From: an uncultured Syntrophales bacterium
GTDB taxonomy: Bacteria; Desulfobacterota; Syntrophia; Syntrophales; JAAYKM01
Assembly (NCBI GenBank): GCA_964494155.1
Contig: CAZBQX010000002.1
Coordinates: 67,780 to 129,941, forward strand
Direction of reading: 5' to 3'
DNA length: 62,162 bases
Part shown: positions 27,685 to 38,091 of the stretch, one piece after another
Layout of the letters: the number at the start of each line of letters is the position of its first letter
Position numbering within the stretch: position 1 is the first letter of the stretch
Made by a program: the position numbers and the translations under genes
The notes under the pieces: generated by a model
Databases searched by the model: none
What the model was told of the DNA's origin: nothing
The model's input: the letters and a program-made list of their open reading frames with translations, nothing else

Positions 27685-28839
27685 TTAGTCGGCCTGTCTT
27701 CTCAGAAACGCCGGAATCTCGAAATCGGTCTCGCCGCTTTCGTCAATCGTGCCGATCTTGACGCTGTTCATCGTTTCAAGGGATTTGTCCTTGCGCATAA
27801 AGGCCGGGATGTTCAGGTTTTCCTTCTTGTATCCACCCAGGGATGTGACATTGGAGAGGTTCTTCCCGCCCCGGCTGGTGTCTTCGAATCCCGTGGCGAT
27901 GACCGTCACCCGGATTTCCTCAGACATCGTTTCGTCCACAACCGTACCGAAGATAATGTTGGCGTCCTCATGGGCTTCCGACTGGATCAGGGATGAGGCT
28001 TCGTTAATTTCGTAGAGCGTCATGTCGGGTCCGCCGGTAATGTTGAGGAGGACACCCCGGGCGCCTTGAATGCTATTGTCTTCAAGCAGGGGCGAAGAGA
28101 TCGCCTTCTGGGCGGCCTCAACGGCGCGGTTTTCTCCGGTGGCGTTTCCGGTTCCCATCAGGGCCAGGCCCATCTCCGACATGATTGATTTCACGTCGGC
28201 GAAATCAAGATTGATCAAACCGGGAATGGTGATCAAATCCGAGATGCCCTTGACGGCATTATAAAGAATGTCGTCGACTTTCTTGAACGCTTCGGGGAAG
28301 GAGAGGTTCCGTCCGCCCAGACTGAGGAGTCTCTGGTTGGGAACGACGATCAGGGTATCGACGATTTTCCGCAGGGCGAGAATGCCTTCTTCAGCCTGCA
28401 GGATGCGTCTTTTTCCTTCAAAGGGGAAGGGCTTGGTTACAATCGCCACCGTTAATGCTCCGATTTCCTTGGCGATTTCCGCGACAACGGGCGCGCCGCC
28501 GGTTCCTGTACCCCCGCCTTCACCGGCAGTAATGAAAACCATGTCTGCGTCTTCCAGATAGCGGCGGATGACATCCCGGGATTCCTCGGCAGCCTGCTTC
28601 CCGATCTCCGGGTTGGAGCCGGCCCCAAGGCCTTTCGTCACTTCGCTTCCCAGTTGAATCTTGACGGGCGAAGTCGACGTTCTTAAGGATTGGGCATCCG
28701 TGTTGGCAGTAATGAACTCCACGCCCCGCAGATTGTAAGAAATCATCGTATTGATCGCGTTTCCGCCGCCGCCGCCGATACCAATGACCTTAATTCTTGC
28801 CGAGCAGAGTTCATTTCCTTCGTCTGTAAGTTCAAACAT
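27685..28839 (-). CDS. ftsZ: Cell division protein FtsZ
   Basis: [26 protein letters not shown]-terminal [12 protein letters not shown]; start ATG 28839 after GGGAGG. Confidence 0.98.
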   Translation of the reverse strand: MFELTDEGNELCSARIKVIGIGGGGGNAINTMISYNLRGVEFITANTDAQSLRTSTSPVKIQLGSEVTKGLGAGSNPEIGKQAAEESRDVIRRYLEDADMVFITAGEGGGTGTGGAPVVAEIAKEIGALTVAIVTKPFPFEGKRRILQAEEGILALRKIVDTLIVVPNQRLLSLGGRNLSFPEAFKKVDDILYNAVKGISDLITIPGLINLDFADVKSIMSEMGLALMGTGNATGENRAVEAAQKAISSPLLEDNSIQGARGVLLNITGGPDMTLYEINEASSLIQSEAHEDANIIFGTVVDETMSEEIRVTVIATGFEDTSRGGKNLSNVTSLGGYKKENLNIPAFMRKDKSLETMNSVKIGTIDESGETDFEIPAFLRRQAD

Positions 28840-28850
28840 AGTTTCCTCCC

Positions 28851-30074
28851 TTAAAAGAATTCTAGACACCAGTTTTTTAATCGCTTGTATGTTCTTGTTA
28901 AGGCATTACCCGAGCCGCTTCTCATTTTCTTGGATACGTTTTGGCTGCCGTAGAGGACCAGGCCCACACCCGTTGCATGCATGGGGTGGTTTATCTTTTC
29001 GCTCAAGCCTCCCAGTTTCTGGGGGAAGGCGCGTCTCACCGGCATGTTCAGGGTCTGCTCCGCCAGTTCGGTGATGCCCGCCATCATCGATGTTCCGCCT
29101 GTGAGAACGGTACCGGCGGCCAACAGGTCTTCATAACCCGATTTGCTGATTTCCTTGTAGGCAAGGTTGAGGATCTCCTCCATGCGCGCCTCGATAATTC
29201 TCCCTAAAATCTGCCGGGAGACTTCCCGGGGTTCCCGGCCGCCCACACTGGGCACTTCAATGGTTTCTTCCCGGGGGATCATGGGACCGTAAGCGCAACC
29301 GTGCTGGATCTTGATGCGTTCCGCCTCAGCTATGGGGGTGCGGAGTCCCGTGGAAATATCGCTGGTAATATAGTTGCCGCCCACGGGAACGACGGCCGTC
29401 GCCCGGACGGTCCCTTCATAATAAACGACCATATTCGTGGTGCCGCCGCCGATATCCAACAGAACGACGCCCAGGTCTTTTTCATCCTGGCTGAGAACGG
29501 CTTCACCCGCCGCAATGTGCTCGAGGACGATCTCGTTGATTTCGAGCCCGACCCGGTTAACCGACTTGATGATATTTTGAATGGAGGTGACGCTCCCTGT
29601 CACAATGTGAACCTTGGATTCGAGACGGACACCGGTCATCCCGACGGGGTCTTTGATCCCGTCCTGGTCATCGACCATGAAGCTCTGGGGCAGGACGTGA
29701 AGAATTTCCCGATCTGTCGGAATACTGACTGCCTTGGCCGCTTCAACGGCACGCTGAACGTCTTCCCGGTCCACCTCTCCGCCTTTGATGCCGACTATTC
29801 CCAGGCTGTTCTGGCCCCGGATATGTCCACCGGATACGCCGACATAAACGGAACGAATGGCGCAGCCCGACATGTGTTCCGCTTCATCGACGGCTCCCTT
29901 GATGGAGTCGACGGTGTTTTCGATATTTACCACCACGCCTTTGCGCAGTCCGTCCGACGGGGTCGTGCCAATACCGATGATATCGATGCCGTTTTCCGTC
30001 ACTTCACAGACCAATACCGATGTCTTGGTGGTCCCAATATCTAAACCGGCGATCAGATTAGTCTTTTTTGCCAT
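28851..30074 (-). CDS. ftsA: Cell division protein FtsA
   Basis: [37 protein letters not shown]. Confidence 0.97.
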   Translation of the reverse strand: MAKKTNLIAGLDIGTTKTSVLVCEVTENGIDIIGIGTTPSDGLRKGVVVNIENTVDSIKGAVDEAEHMSGCAIRSVYVGVSGGHIRGQNSLGIVGIKGGEVDREDVQRAVEAAKAVSIPTDREILHVLPQSFMVDDQDGIKDPVGMTGVRLESKVHIVTGSVTSIQNIIKSVNRVGLEINEIVLEHIAAGEAVLSQDEKDLGVVLLDIGGGTTNMVVYYEGTVRATAVVPVGGNYITSDISTGLRTPIAEAERIKIQHGCAYGPMIPREETIEVPSVGGREPREVSRQILGRIIEARMEEILNLAYKEISKSGYEDLLAAGTVLTGGTSMMAGITELAEQTLNMPVRRAFPQKLGGLSEKINHPMHATGVGLVLYGSQNVSKKMRSGSGNALTRTYKRLKNWCLEFF

Positions 30075-30138
30075 TTTTCTGTTTACCTTTCCCTCGCGTC
30101 ACTTTTTTCCGCTTTAAATCAATTTGTTTCGGCGCCGG

Positions 30139-30990
30139 TTAAGTCCGGTATTCTGTTCCCTCGACGGTGGATTTCGGAGGAACGCTTTTGACCTTGCTCT
30201 GAACAGTAATCTTTGCGGGATCCCGCAGATCAATGTGGAGCAGGGCCATATCAATATTCTTTTTTTCCAGGCCTTTGAGTACAGCCGGCAAGGCCTGAAG
30301 TTTATTTACATAATCGTCGACACCCAGGACCAGGCAAAGCCCGGTGTCGGTAATCAGAGACAGTCCGAATATTTCGTCCAGGTGGACCTCCGAGAGGTTC
30401 TGGTAGGCGATCGGCGCCTGTTTTGTATCGGATAAATACGTCAAGAGTTCAAGTGATTTTTTTAAAAGCTTTGTCTGCAGTACGCCGTTTTTATAACACC
30501 CCGTCAGTACGGGAAGATCGAGACTGTCGTTTTGCTCCAGGCCTTTGAAAATGATTCCTTCCCGATCCACAATCTGAAATCCCTGCTTTTTTTCCACCAG
30601 TGCCAGAGGTGTCCGCTCACGGACTTCCATGATCAGGCGATCCGGCAATTCCCGCCCGACATGGGCCTTCTTGATCCAGGGATTGCTTTCAATGCGCCGG
30701 GCAATTTTCTCAAGACTGACGGAAAAGAGATTCTGACCGGGACGCAATGCTGCAAGGGTGAGGACCTCCTGCTCGGTGACCTCACGACAACCCCGGACGA
30801 CCGTTTCCTGGATACGAAAATGGGGGTCGCTCAAAATATAGCTATAGATAAAAATGAGGGTGGAAGTCACCAGAAGGGTCGCCAGGACGATCAGGCCGCA
30901 GGCCGCGAAATCCCGGAGGAAATGTCCGGAGTAACGCTGCAAACGGTTTTTCCTGACACGAAGCGTAGACTGGGATATTTTCCGCATCAT
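30139..30990 (-). CDS. ftsQ: Cell division protein FtsQ/DivIB
   Basis: Single TM, POTRA-like segment (NPWIKKAHVGRELPDRL), IDLRDP; position before ftsA. Confidence 0.88.
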   Translation of the reverse strand: MMRKISQSTLRVRKNRLQRYSGHFLRDFAACGLIVLATLLVTSTLIFIYSYILSDPHFRIQETVVRGCREVTEQEVLTLAALRPGQNLFSVSLEKIARRIESNPWIKKAHVGRELPDRLIMEVRERTPLALVEKKQGFQIVDREGIIFKGLEQNDSLDLPVLTGCYKNGVLQTKLLKKSLELLTYLSDTKQAPIAYQNLSEVHLDEIFGLSLITDTGLCLVLGVDDYVNKLQALPAVLKGLEKKNIDMALLHIDLRDPAKITVQSKVKSVPPKSTVEGTEYRT

Positions 30991-30993
30991 AGG

Positions 30994-31923
30994 TTATCTC
31001 TCACCCAAAAGCTTGACTTCCAGCTCTAAAACCACACCCCTGTCGCGTTGAATGCGCTCCTGAACGTGGTGGATCAAAGCCAGGATGTCATCTGCCGTAG
31101 CATGGCCCCGGTTAATAATAAAATTCCCATGTTTTTCAGATATCATGGCATCGCCGATGACGTATCCTTTCAAGCCCGCTTCTTCGATGAGCCTCCCCGC
31201 AGGGATCTCCTTGGGGTTCTTGAAAATGGACCCGGCGTTTTTATACTGAAGCGGGTGTTTATTTCGCCTCTCTTCCATGATTTTTTTCACTTTTTCCCCA
31301 ACTTGTCCTTCGGGATCCTTCCACAATCGAAAAACAGCCTCGACGATCATTGTGTCTTCCGGCAGGTGGAAATTTCGATAGTCAAATTGCAGTTCCTGTT
31401 TTTCCAGACGTTGCACGGCTCCCTGGGCGTCCATGAGTGTAACGGTTTCAAGGACTTCAGAAATGCTGTGGCCGTAAGCGCCGGCGTTCATCCGGACCCC
31501 ACCGCCGACGCTGCCGGGAATCCCGGCGCAGAATTCAAAACCGGTCAGGTTTTCCCGGACCGCAAGGGCAACCACTTCGGATAAAGAGGCGCCGGCTTCA
31601 GCCCGGATCCACATGGAGGCTTCCCTTTGCTGCAGGGTGTCGATCCGGTTTAATCCCCTGGTGCAAATGAGGGCTCCCCGGTAACCTTTGTCGGTGATGA
31701 TGAGATTGGTCCAGTTTCCGACGATGGCGTGTGCTGTGCCCTGACGGTTCAGCAGGCGGATCATTTCAGTCAGATCTTTGACCGACTTGGGATTCAGGAG
31801 CATGTCGATTCGACCTCCTACGCCCATGGACGTGTGATCCGCTCCTGCCTCGGTGAAATACACCGCATCGGGAAAAAGAGATTCCCAGGCAGGGCTTTCG
31901 ACTGTTTTATCCATAACCGGCAT
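30994..31923 (-). CDS. murB: UDP-N-acetylenolpyruvoylglucosamine reductase
   Basis: GIPGSVGG.V.MNAGAYG, NAGSIFKNP, ISEKHGNF, LELEV. Confidence 0.95.
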   Translation of the reverse strand: MPVMDKTVESPAWESLFPDAVYFTEAGADHTSMGVGGRIDMLLNPKSVKDLTEMIRLLNRQGTAHAIVGNWTNLIITDKGYRGALICTRGLNRIDTLQQREASMWIRAEAGASLSEVVALAVRENLTGFEFCAGIPGSVGGGVRMNAGAYGHSISEVLETVTLMDAQGAVQRLEKQELQFDYRNFHLPEDTMIVEAVFRLWKDPEGQVGEKVKKIMEERRNKHPLQYKNAGSIFKNPKEIPAGRLIEEAGLKGYVIGDAMISEKHGNFIINRGHATADDILALIHHVQERIQRDRGVVLELEVKLLGER

Positions 31924-31925
31924 GA

Positions 31926-33347
31926 TTATCCTTTGGTTGTCCTTCTACTTTTTAGGCGTTTGCCCAGTGCTTCCCCGATTTTCCAGACGTTGCCCGCCCC
32001 AAGGGTGAGCACCGTATCCTTCGGACGCACCATGGATACGAGATGCTCCACAATGTTATCGAAAGCCTGGATATGCAATACGTTCTTCTGTCCACGGGCG
32101 ATTAAGCTTTCCTGCAGTCCTCCTGAGGAAACCCCGGCAATGGGATCTTCGCCGGCGGGGTAGATGTCCATGAGGATCAGCTCATCCGCTTTTTCAAAAC
32201 ATTCGGTAAATTCCGGGAAGAGGGCCTGGGTGCGGCTGAAGCGATGGGGCTGAAAAACGACGATCAGACGATTCGGCCAGACCTGTTTTGCGGCAGCTAA
32301 GGTTTCCCGGATTTCGGTCGGGTGGTGACCGTAATCGTCGACGATGGTGACGCCTTTTACGCTTGCTTTCACTTCCAGTCTCCGCTGGGCGCCTGTAAAC
32401 AGTCTGATTCCTTCACGAATCGCTTCAAACGACAGATCGAATTCCCTGGCCACGGCAATGGCCGCCAGAGCATTGGCAACGTTAAACCGGCCGGGGACAT
32501 TCAGAACGATTTCACCAAGGGAGGCGTTCTTTTCGACAACTTCAAACCGGCTGCCCAGCTTTTCGGGACGGATGTACTCGGCACGGTAATCGGCCGGTTC
32601 ATTGATTCCGTAGGTCAGTACCTTCCGCTTGATCTTCGGCAGGATTTCCCGGACGTGATCGTTGTCTGTGCAAAGGACCGTGATGCCGTAGAAGGGGACG
32701 CTGTTGGCGAAACGGAGGAAGGCATCCTTGATCTCGTCAATGTCTTGGTAGTGGTCCAGATGCTCACGGTCGATGTTGGTAATGACTGCCAGATTCGGGG
32801 AGAGCTTCAGGAAAGAGCCGTCGCTTTCATCCGCTTCGGCCACGATAATTGCGCCGTCGCCCAGCTTGGCATTGCTGCCGATGCTGCCGAGCTTGCCGCC
32901 GATGACCATCGTGGGATCAAGCCCGCTATGGGCAAGAATTGTCGAGATCATAGAGGTCGTCGTGGTCTTGCCGTGGCTGCCGGATATGGCGACGGAGAAC
33001 TTCATTTTCAGAAGTTCCGCAAGCATTTCGGCGCGTGGAATGACAGGAATGCCGCGCAGGTGGGCTTCCTGTACCTCCGGATTGTTTGAACGCACAGCGG
33101 TCGAGGTAACCACCACATCGGCGTTTCCGATATGGTCTTCCCGATGGCCTTGAAAAATCCGGGCACCCAGTGCGCCAAGACGCTGGGTGGTGTCGGTCAC
33201 GTTAAGATCGGAGCCGGTGACGGTATACTTGAGATTAAGCAGCACTTCGGCAATACCACTCATCCCGATTCCCCCGATTCCCACAAAATGGATGCATTTG
33301 ATTTTTCGCTGCATACCATGGATGGGATCATATTTTTTCATAAGCAA
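31926..33347 (-). CDS. murC: UDP-N-acetylmuramate--L-alanine ligase
   Basis: HFVGIGGIGMSGIA, GSHGKTTT, EADESDGSF, DDYGHHPTE; exact start uncertain. Confidence 0.96.
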   Translation of the reverse strand: MLMKKYDPIHGMQRKIKCIHFVGIGGIGMSGIAEVLLNLKYTVTGSDLNVTDTTQRLGALGARIFQGHREDHIGNADVVVTSTAVRSNNPEVQEAHLRGIPVIPRAEMLAELLKMKFSVAISGSHGKTTTTSMISTILAHSGLDPTMVIGGKLGSIGSNAKLGDGAIIVAEADESDGSFLKLSPNLAVITNIDREHLDHYQDIDEIKDAFLRFANSVPFYGITVLCTDNDHVREILPKIKRKVLTYGINEPADYRAEYIRPEKLGSRFEVVEKNASLGEIVLNVPGRFNVANALAAIAVAREFDLSFEAIREGIRLFTGAQRRLEVKASVKGVTIVDDYGHHPTEIRETLAAAKQVWPNRLIVVFQPHRFSRTQALFPEFTECFEKADELILMDIYPAGEDPIAGVSSGGLQESLIARGQKNVLHIQAFDNIVEHLVSMVRPKDTVLTLGAGNVWKIGEALGKRLKSRRTTKG

Positions 33348-33405
33348 ATTACCTTTTATCTTTCCGGTCGAGGGAACGGATCTTGCCGCATGCCCCTCCT
33401 TTATA

Positions 33406-34497
33406 TCATGAACCTCTCTTCTTATCGATCATCAATGCGCATTCGTTTACAATTTCCGACACCGCATGCGGGCGCGCGAGTCGGCGGGCGCAGGTCTCCA
33501 TCCGGCTGATCCGAGTCGGGTCACGGTAAAGAGACAGAATCTCGTCCGCGAGTTTTTCTCCGGTCAACACCCTTTCGGGCAGCATGATTGACGCCCCGGC
33601 ACGGACGAGGACCTCGGCGTTTTTCGTCTGGTGATCGTTGGCGGCATAGGGGTAGGGGATAAGAATAGAGGCTCGGCCGCTGGCTGTCATTTCTGCAATG
33701 GATGTCGCGCCCGCCCGGCAAACAAGCAAATCAACCTGGGCGTAAACGCGTGGCATGTCCATGATAAATGTATGTACCTCGGCATCAAATCCCCTGCTTT
33801 TATAGGCACTGTCGATCCATTCAAGTTCTTGGGCTCCGGTCTGATGAATAATATGAAGCCCCTGTCGTATTTCTTCCAGTTTATCCAACGCAGCAAGGAC
33901 CGCCTGGTTGATGGCTCTGGCGCCCTGGCTGCCGCCGAAGACCAGCAGTTTGAATTTATGCTCTGCATCCAACGGTTTGTCCGGTGGCGACAGGAAGGCT
34001 GCCCGGATGGGGTTGCCTGTATGAAGGGTTTTCCTCTGTGGAAAGCGCTTTTCTGTGTCGGGGAAGGTCAGAAAGATCCTGTCCACAAAACGGGCCAGGA
34101 TACGGTTCGTCACCCCCGGGTAAGCATTTTGTTCCGCGATGGCGGTTTTTATGCCCATGAGGTGGGCGGTCAATACGGCCGGCCCTGAGGCGTAGCCGCC
34201 GACACCCAGGACCAGATCCGGCTGGAAGGACCGGATAATCTGAACGGATTGCATAAAACTTCGGGGAAGTTTGGCCAAGGCGGAAAACATGCCGATTGGC
34301 CCCTTTCCCTTGATCCCCGCGACGTCGATCAGGGCCAGGTCATACCCCAACCCGGGAAGGACACGCTTTTCGATGCCCCGTTCCGTACCCACGAAGAGGA
34401 CGCGGTTGTTTCCGTCACGAATCAAGATTTCCTCGGCGATGGCGATACCCGGAAAGAGGTGTCCTCCGGTGCCGCCGCCGGCAATGATGATTTTCAT
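33406..34497 (-). CDS. murG: Undecaprenyl-PP-MurNAc-pentapeptide GlcNAc transferase
   Basis: GGGTGGHLFP, GGYAS, EQN, GNPIR, GGSQGA, RAGA, HQ.KNA. Confidence 0.97.
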   Translation of the reverse strand: MKIIIAGGGTGGHLFPGIAIAEEILIRDGNNRVLFVGTERGIEKRVLPGLGYDLALIDVAGIKGKGPIGMFSALAKLPRSFMQSVQIIRSFQPDLVLGVGGYASGPAVLTAHLMGIKTAIAEQNAYPGVTNRILARFVDRIFLTFPDTEKRFPQRKTLHTGNPIRAAFLSPPDKPLDAEHKFKLLVFGGSQGARAINQAVLAALDKLEEIRQGLHIIHQTGAQELEWIDSAYKSRGFDAEVHTFIMDMPRVYAQVDLLVCRAGATSIAEMTASGRASILIPYPYAANDHQTKNAEVLVRAGASIMLPERVLTGEKLADEILSLYRDPTRISRMETCARRLARPHAVSEIVNECALMIDKKRGS

Positions 34498-34509
34498 GGT
34501 CGGCTCACC

Positions 34510-35613
34510 TTAAGCCTCCTGTGATGAAATGTTCAGTAAGATTCCTATTGTAGCCAGGCTCATCATGAGCGAGGTTCCTCCATAACTTAAAAAGGGAAGG
34601 GTCAACCCTTTTAGGGGAATTAAACCCATCACGCCGGCGATATTAATAAATACCTGCATGAAAATCAGGATCGTCAGGCCTGCGGCCAGAAGCATGCCGA
34701 ATAGATCGGGGGCCTTGAATGCAATGATGAAGCCCCGAATGATCAACACGGCGTAAAGCAGAATTACGACCGATACGCCGAGAAAACCACTTTCCTCGGC
34801 GATGACGGAGAGGATAAAGTCGGTGTGCGGTTCCGGCAGGTAAAAAAGCTTCTGCATGCCGTCGCCGATGCCGACGCCGAAGGGACCGCCGGACCCGAAG
34901 GCGATCATGGACTGGATGATCTGAAAACCGGTACCGTGAGGATCTTTCCAGGGATCAATAAATGCCGTCACGCGTTTCCAGCGGTAACCCTGACAGAGGG
35001 CCCAAATAACAAAAGGGGTGAACATCCCGATCAGCCCGAGCAGATGGACCAGCCTGGCCCCGGCAAGATAGAGCATGATCATGACCGTCACCGCCAGGAT
35101 GGCTGTCGTGCCGAAATCGGGTTGGAGAATGATGAGTCCCATCAGGCAGGCCGTCACGATTAGAGGGGTAAGAATGCCTCGAATGATTTCCTTGACGTGC
35201 TGCCTTTTCCGGGTCAGGAAAAAGGCCAGAAATAAGACGATGGAAACCTTTACCCATTCGCCGACCTGGAAGGCGATGAAACCCAGGTTCAGCCAGCGGG
35301 TGGCGCCGCCGACCTTTTTCCCCAGGAAAGGCACAAATAAAAGCAGCAGCATGACAAAGGAGAGGGCGATCGCCGGATAGGCCACCACTTTCAGTTTTTG
35401 ATAGGGCAAACGAGACATAAAGTACATAAGTCCCAGTCCGAATCCGACGAAAATGATCTGTCTTTTTAGAAAGTGCTGTCCGTCTTGGAAACGTTCCATG
35501 GCCATGATGGCACTGGAACTGTAGATCATGACCGTTCCGATTGTGACCAGCACCAGGGTAGCGATCATCAGAATAAAATCTTGTTTGTTCTGCGAGACAG
35601 ACAGCGATTCCAT
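34510..35613 (-). CDS. ftsW: SEDS peptidoglycan glycosyltransferase FtsW
   Basis: GATRW, QPDFG, LPEPHTDFI, LPFLSYGG. Confidence 0.96.
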   Translation of the reverse strand: MESLSVSQNKQDFILMIATLVLVTIGTVMIYSSSAIMAMERFQDGQHFLKRQIIFVGFGLGLMYFMSRLPYQKLKVVAYPAIALSFVMLLLLFVPFLGKKVGGATRWLNLGFIAFQVGEWVKVSIVLFLAFFLTRKRQHVKEIIRGILTPLIVTACLMGLIILQPDFGTTAILAVTVMIMLYLAGARLVHLLGLIGMFTPFVIWALCQGYRWKRVTAFIDPWKDPHGTGFQIIQSMIAFGSGGPFGVGIGDGMQKLFYLPEPHTDFILSVIAEESGFLGVSVVILLYAVLIIRGFIIAFKAPDLFGMLLAAGLTILIFMQVFINIAGVMGLIPLKGLTLPFLSYGGTSLMMSLATIGILLNISSQEA

Positions 35614-35614
35614 G

Positions 35615-36967
35615 TCACAACTTTCTCACCAGGGTCTGAAAAAAGTTTCCCCGGTCTTTGTAGTCGGTAAACTCATCGAAACTGGCACAACCGGGCGACA
35701 GCAAGACCACATCTCCCGCTGTGGCCCGACGGTGGGCCTCCAGGGTTGCTTCCCGCAAGGTGGGGCGGACATCTGTTTCCACGAGCCCCCCTACCTTTTC
35801 CTTGATCCGTTCCCGGGCTTCTCCGAACAGGATGAGCGACTTCACCCGCTCCTTGATCAAGGGGCCCAGGGTTTCAAAATCGCCGTCTTTGTCCCTTCCA
35901 CCCAGAAGCAGGATCACCGGATTGTGAAATGTTTCCAGAGCCCTGACGACGGCGCCGACATTGGTGCCCTTGGAGTCGTCATAATAGGCAACGCCCTGTC
36001 TTTTATCAATATATTCGATACGATGGGCGATGCCCCGGAACCTGGAAATGGTCTCGATGATCCTTTCCGGCGGACAGCCACACATCCGTGCGCTGATGAT
36101 GGCTGCCATGACATTTTCAACGTTATGGAGGCCCGGGATTTTGATCATGTCCCGTGGATAAAATTCGTCTTGACCGCTGAAACCGGAAAGAACCAGTTGA
36201 TCGCCGCAGATGGAAAAACCTTGCGTGACATGTCGTGTCGAACTGAAAAACAGGGTTTTGGCTTTCAGCCGTTTTGAGAGGCCTTGGGTGTAATCCTCAT
36301 TGGCGTTGAGAATGGCGAGGTCGCTTTTGTCCTGGTTCAGGAAAACCCGCTCCTTGGCCTCCTGGTAAGCGGTAAAACTGCCGTGGTAATTCACATGATC
36401 ACAGGTCGTATTCAGCAGGACGGCGCAACGGGCATGAAATGCCGTGACCCACTGGAGCTGGAAGCTGCTGACCTCGACGACCACAAAATCCTCGTTCTGG
36501 GGACCTTCGCAGTACTCAATAAGAGGGATGCCGATATTGCCGCCGACGAAAACCTTTTTACCTGCATCATTCAACAGTTGTCCCGTAAGGGTGGTCGTGG
36601 TGGTCTTCCCGTTGGTGCCGGTGATGGCGACCATGGGCGGCTTCAGAAAGCGGCAGGCGATTTCCAGTTCACTGTGGACGGGGATGTTTTTGCAAACCGC
36701 TTCCATCAGCAGGGGATCGTGCGGGGGGACGCCGGGGGATGGGATGACCATGTCGATGTGCTGCAAGGACATGGCATCATAAGCGGCAATGTCGATGGAG
36801 ATCCCTGCATCCCTCAGTTCCGTAAGGGCGCTCTCGATTTCCTCCGGCGTTTTCTGGTCCGCGACGGTGATTCTGGCCTGTTGTTTGGCCAGAAAGCGGG
36901 CTGTGGCGAGGCCGGTCTTGCCCAGGCCGATAATAAAGATTTTTTGACCGCTTAAATCCATACACAT
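35615..36967 (-). CDS. murD: UDP-N-acetylmuramoyl-L-alanine--D-glutamate ligase
   Basis: GLGKTG, SPGVP, ITGTNGKTT, EVSSFQL, DSKGTN, LLSPGCASFD. Confidence 0.97.
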   Translation of the reverse strand: MCMDLSGQKIFIIGLGKTGLATARFLAKQQARITVADQKTPEEIESALTELRDAGISIDIAAYDAMSLQHIDMVIPSPGVPPHDPLLMEAVCKNIPVHSELEIACRFLKPPMVAITGTNGKTTTTTLTGQLLNDAGKKVFVGGNIGIPLIEYCEGPQNEDFVVVEVSSFQLQWVTAFHARCAVLLNTTCDHVNYHGSFTAYQEAKERVFLNQDKSDLAILNANEDYTQGLSKRLKAKTLFFSSTRHVTQGFSICGDQLVLSGFSGQDEFYPRDMIKIPGLHNVENVMAAIISARMCGCPPERIIETISRFRGIAHRIEYIDKRQGVAYYDDSKGTNVGAVVRALETFHNPVILLLGGRDKDGDFETLGPLIKERVKSLILFGEARERIKEKVGGLVETDVRPTLREATLEAHRRATAGDVVLLSPGCASFDEFTDYKDRGNFFQTLVRKL

Positions 36968-36971
36968 TCCT

Positions 36972-38051
36972 TTAACGCAATTTTAATGTGCTGATGGCAA
37001 CCAGGGCCAGCAGGATCGAGATGATCCAGAAACGGACGATGACTTTAGGCTCCGGCCATCCCTTCAGCTCAAAGTGATGGTGGATCGGGGCCATCCGGAA
37101 GATGCGCTTGCCTTTGCTGATTTTGAACCAGCCTACCTGGAAGATAACAGAGAATGTCTCGAGGACAAAAATACCACCGACGATGGCGAGGAGGATCTCC
37201 TGCTTCGTCAGGATGGCCAGGGTACCCAGGGCGCCTCCCAGAGACAGAGAACCGACATCACCCATGAAGACCTGGGCTGGGTAGGTGTTATACCAGAGAA
37301 AGCCGATTCCGGCACCGACGATGGCCCCGCAGAAGATCGTGAGTTCTCCCGCTCCGGAGACATAGGGGATTTGAAGATAATGTGCGATCTTGATATTTCC
37401 AGCGAAGTAGGCAAAAAGAAGATAGGTCATAAAGCATGTGATGGCCGGACCGATGGCCAGACCATCGAGGCCATCCGTCAGATTGACGGCGTTAGCCGAT
37501 CCGACGATAATGAAGGTGGTCAGTAAAATGTAAAAAAGGCCGATATCCGGCAGGGCGGTTTTAAAGAAAGGAATCGTTACCGTTTGACTGAATTCGGGGC
37601 GGATGTAAATGACAACACTGACAAAAAAAGCGATGATGATTTCAGCCGTCAGGCGGGTTTTGCCGGACATCCCCTGGCTACTTTGGTTGGTGAGCTTACG
37701 GTAATCGTCAAAGAAGCCGATGATGCCATAACCAACCAGGACCAGGATGACAAGCCAGACATAGGACACCGTCAGATTCGACCACAGCAGCGTGGAGACC
37801 ACAACGGCGAAAATAATCAGGATTCCCCCCATTGTTGGGGTCCCCTTTTTGGACAGATGACTCTGCGGTCCGTCTTCCCGGATGGACTGCCCCACCTTGA
37901 GACTTTGGAGTTTCCGAATCAGCCATGGGCCGACGATGAAGCAGATGATCAGGGCCGTGATCGCGGCATAGATTGTCCTGAAAGTGATATAGCGGAAGAC
38001 GTTAAAGGAGGAAAACGTCGTATGCAGCGGATAAAGAAGATGATAGAGCAC
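36972..38051 (-). CDS. mraY: Phospho-N-acetylmuramoyl-pentapeptide transferase
   Basis: [35 protein letters not shown]. Confidence 0.98.
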   Translation of the reverse strand: MLYHLLYPLHTTFSSFNVFRYITFRTIYAAITALIICFIVGPWLIRKLQSLKVGQSIREDGPQSHLSKKGTPTMGGILIIFAVVVSTLLWSNLTVSYVWLVILVLVGYGIIGFFDDYRKLTNQSSQGMSGKTRLTAEIIIAFFVSVVIYIRPEFSQTVTIPFFKTALPDIGLFYILLTTFIIVGSANAVNLTDGLDGLAIGPAITCFMTYLLFAYFAGNIKIAHYLQIPYVSGAGELTIFCGAIVGAGIGFLWYNTYPAQVFMGDVGSLSLGGALGTLAILTKQEILLAIVGGIFVLETFSVIFQVGWFKISKGKRIFRMAPIHHHFELKGWPEPKVIVRFWIISILLALVAISTLKLR

Positions 38052-38091
38052 GGTCTATTCTCCTTGGCTGTCATGTTTCATAAGTAGAGTC

